Below the pieces are notes generated by a model, which did no database searches, had not been told where the DNA came from, and saw nothing but the letters and a program-made list of their open reading frames with translations. The position numbers and the translations under genes were made by a program. Below, piece by piece: positions 62,906 to 64,000 of a stretch of DNA of 64,000 bases (the first letter of the stretch is position 1; every line of letters begins with the position of its first letter). Origin of the DNA: Eledone cirrhosa (lineage: Eukaryota). The stretch covers positions 16,368,001 to 16,432,000 of the forward strand of contig OZ024741.1 of NCBI GenBank assembly GCA_964016885.1, in the 5' to 3' direction.

Positions 62906-64000
62906 CATACTTATATTTAGGTATCAGCCATACTAAGAGTGAGAAATGAAATTTTGTTTCATTCTTTTCCATATATATATATAATCATAATTGGACATTA
63001 AACAATGATATATATATATATATATGTATATGATGATGAAAAATGATTATATATATAGAGCATGTGCATGTAGATATGTACATATAAAATGTGTGTGCAT
63101 GTAAATATATATATATATATAAAATATTCTGTCACTGTGAGGTCAAATGGGACCTCAGGTTGTGTTAAGGGCCATAAAATGGCCCACAAATTTCTTATGT
63201 TATTTTTTTCCGAGGCAGTCTGTCCTTGCCTCTCAGGGGGTTTTATACATCAGTCATATTTTACAAGACTAACATGTGTGCCAAGGTTGTGACAGAGTTA
63301 TTACCCTGTTAGAGTCTGTTAAAAGACTACATGTGTGCCAAAACTCTAACATGTGTGCCAAGATTGTAACAGAGTATCTACTCTGTTCTTTGTGTTTTTG
63401 AACTATTTTTTTCTATTGACATGACACCCAGTAAGTTCTGGAGATTTATTTTTCAGCTGTTGGTTGACTGCCGTTAATCATTTCATCTCAGTATTGTTTA
63501 TTTTTTAGAAGACATATTGAATAGGTAGAACCACTATATCCTCTCACAAAAGCCTCAAGGGGTAAAGCTAATTTTGCACAGTAGGATAGGAACACTGCCC
63601 TGCAAACTAATACCACTCATGCTTGGTGTGGCAGAGCTGTTCCTACTCTTGCAAGACCTTTTTTGAGTTTCTTTTGGTAGTTCTTGAGAATGGGGCAGTG
63701 CCCATGGCTTTCATATTCCCCTTTAACTTTTTTAAGTAATACATTTTATTGATAATTGTATAAATAACATTAAAAATGGGGAAGGGGTAAAGATCTGACT
63801 GTGGGAAAGTAGAGCAAAGAACTATAAAAGCCATAAATGAGAGGAAACGAAGGGGAAGATCAAGGACTCTAGGGCCACAGAAAAAAAGGAGGGGGAAGGA
63901 GAGAGAGTGATGGGTTCTGGGCCTAGGGCGCAGCAGTGTTGGAGTTGAGCTCTGCAAGCAAAACTGCAAAAGTATTTCTGCAGACAATGGCCAGTGACAC

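Noticed and set aside
63480-64000. 114-aa minus-strand ORF or an exon of a further gene
   Set aside because: No recognisable domain or splice pattern; may be a highly decayed LINE, but too weak to call.

Overview
AT-rich, repeat-dense animal genomic DNA. The RTE/SINE repertoire suggests a mollusc, probably a coleoid cephalopod (inference). 1-19.6 kb holds the last 8 coding exons of NOP56 (+; the 5' exons lie before the window). Its introns carry three near-identical H/ACA snoRNA copies (predicted target equivalent to human 18S U1347), a box C/D snoRNA predicted to methylate U6 C68, an unidentified multi-hairpin segment, two inverted copies of a dead piggyBac that bracket 7 exons, and an RTE insertion into an exon apparently rescued by a 128-bp duplication. 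26.1-28.6 kb is an intronless 848-aa two-pore channel 2 (TPCN2), followed by a stack of SINEs. 30-62 kb is a nest of non-LTR retrotransposons sitting in (TA)n arrays: three RTE families with a PHD finger inside the RT, one RTE copy with a 5' inversion of twin-priming geometry, an RTE-X-like element, and a Penelope-like element with a complete hammerhead ribozyme. A 338-bp palindrome lies near the end. All RNA structures and targets were derived by eye and need computational confirmation.
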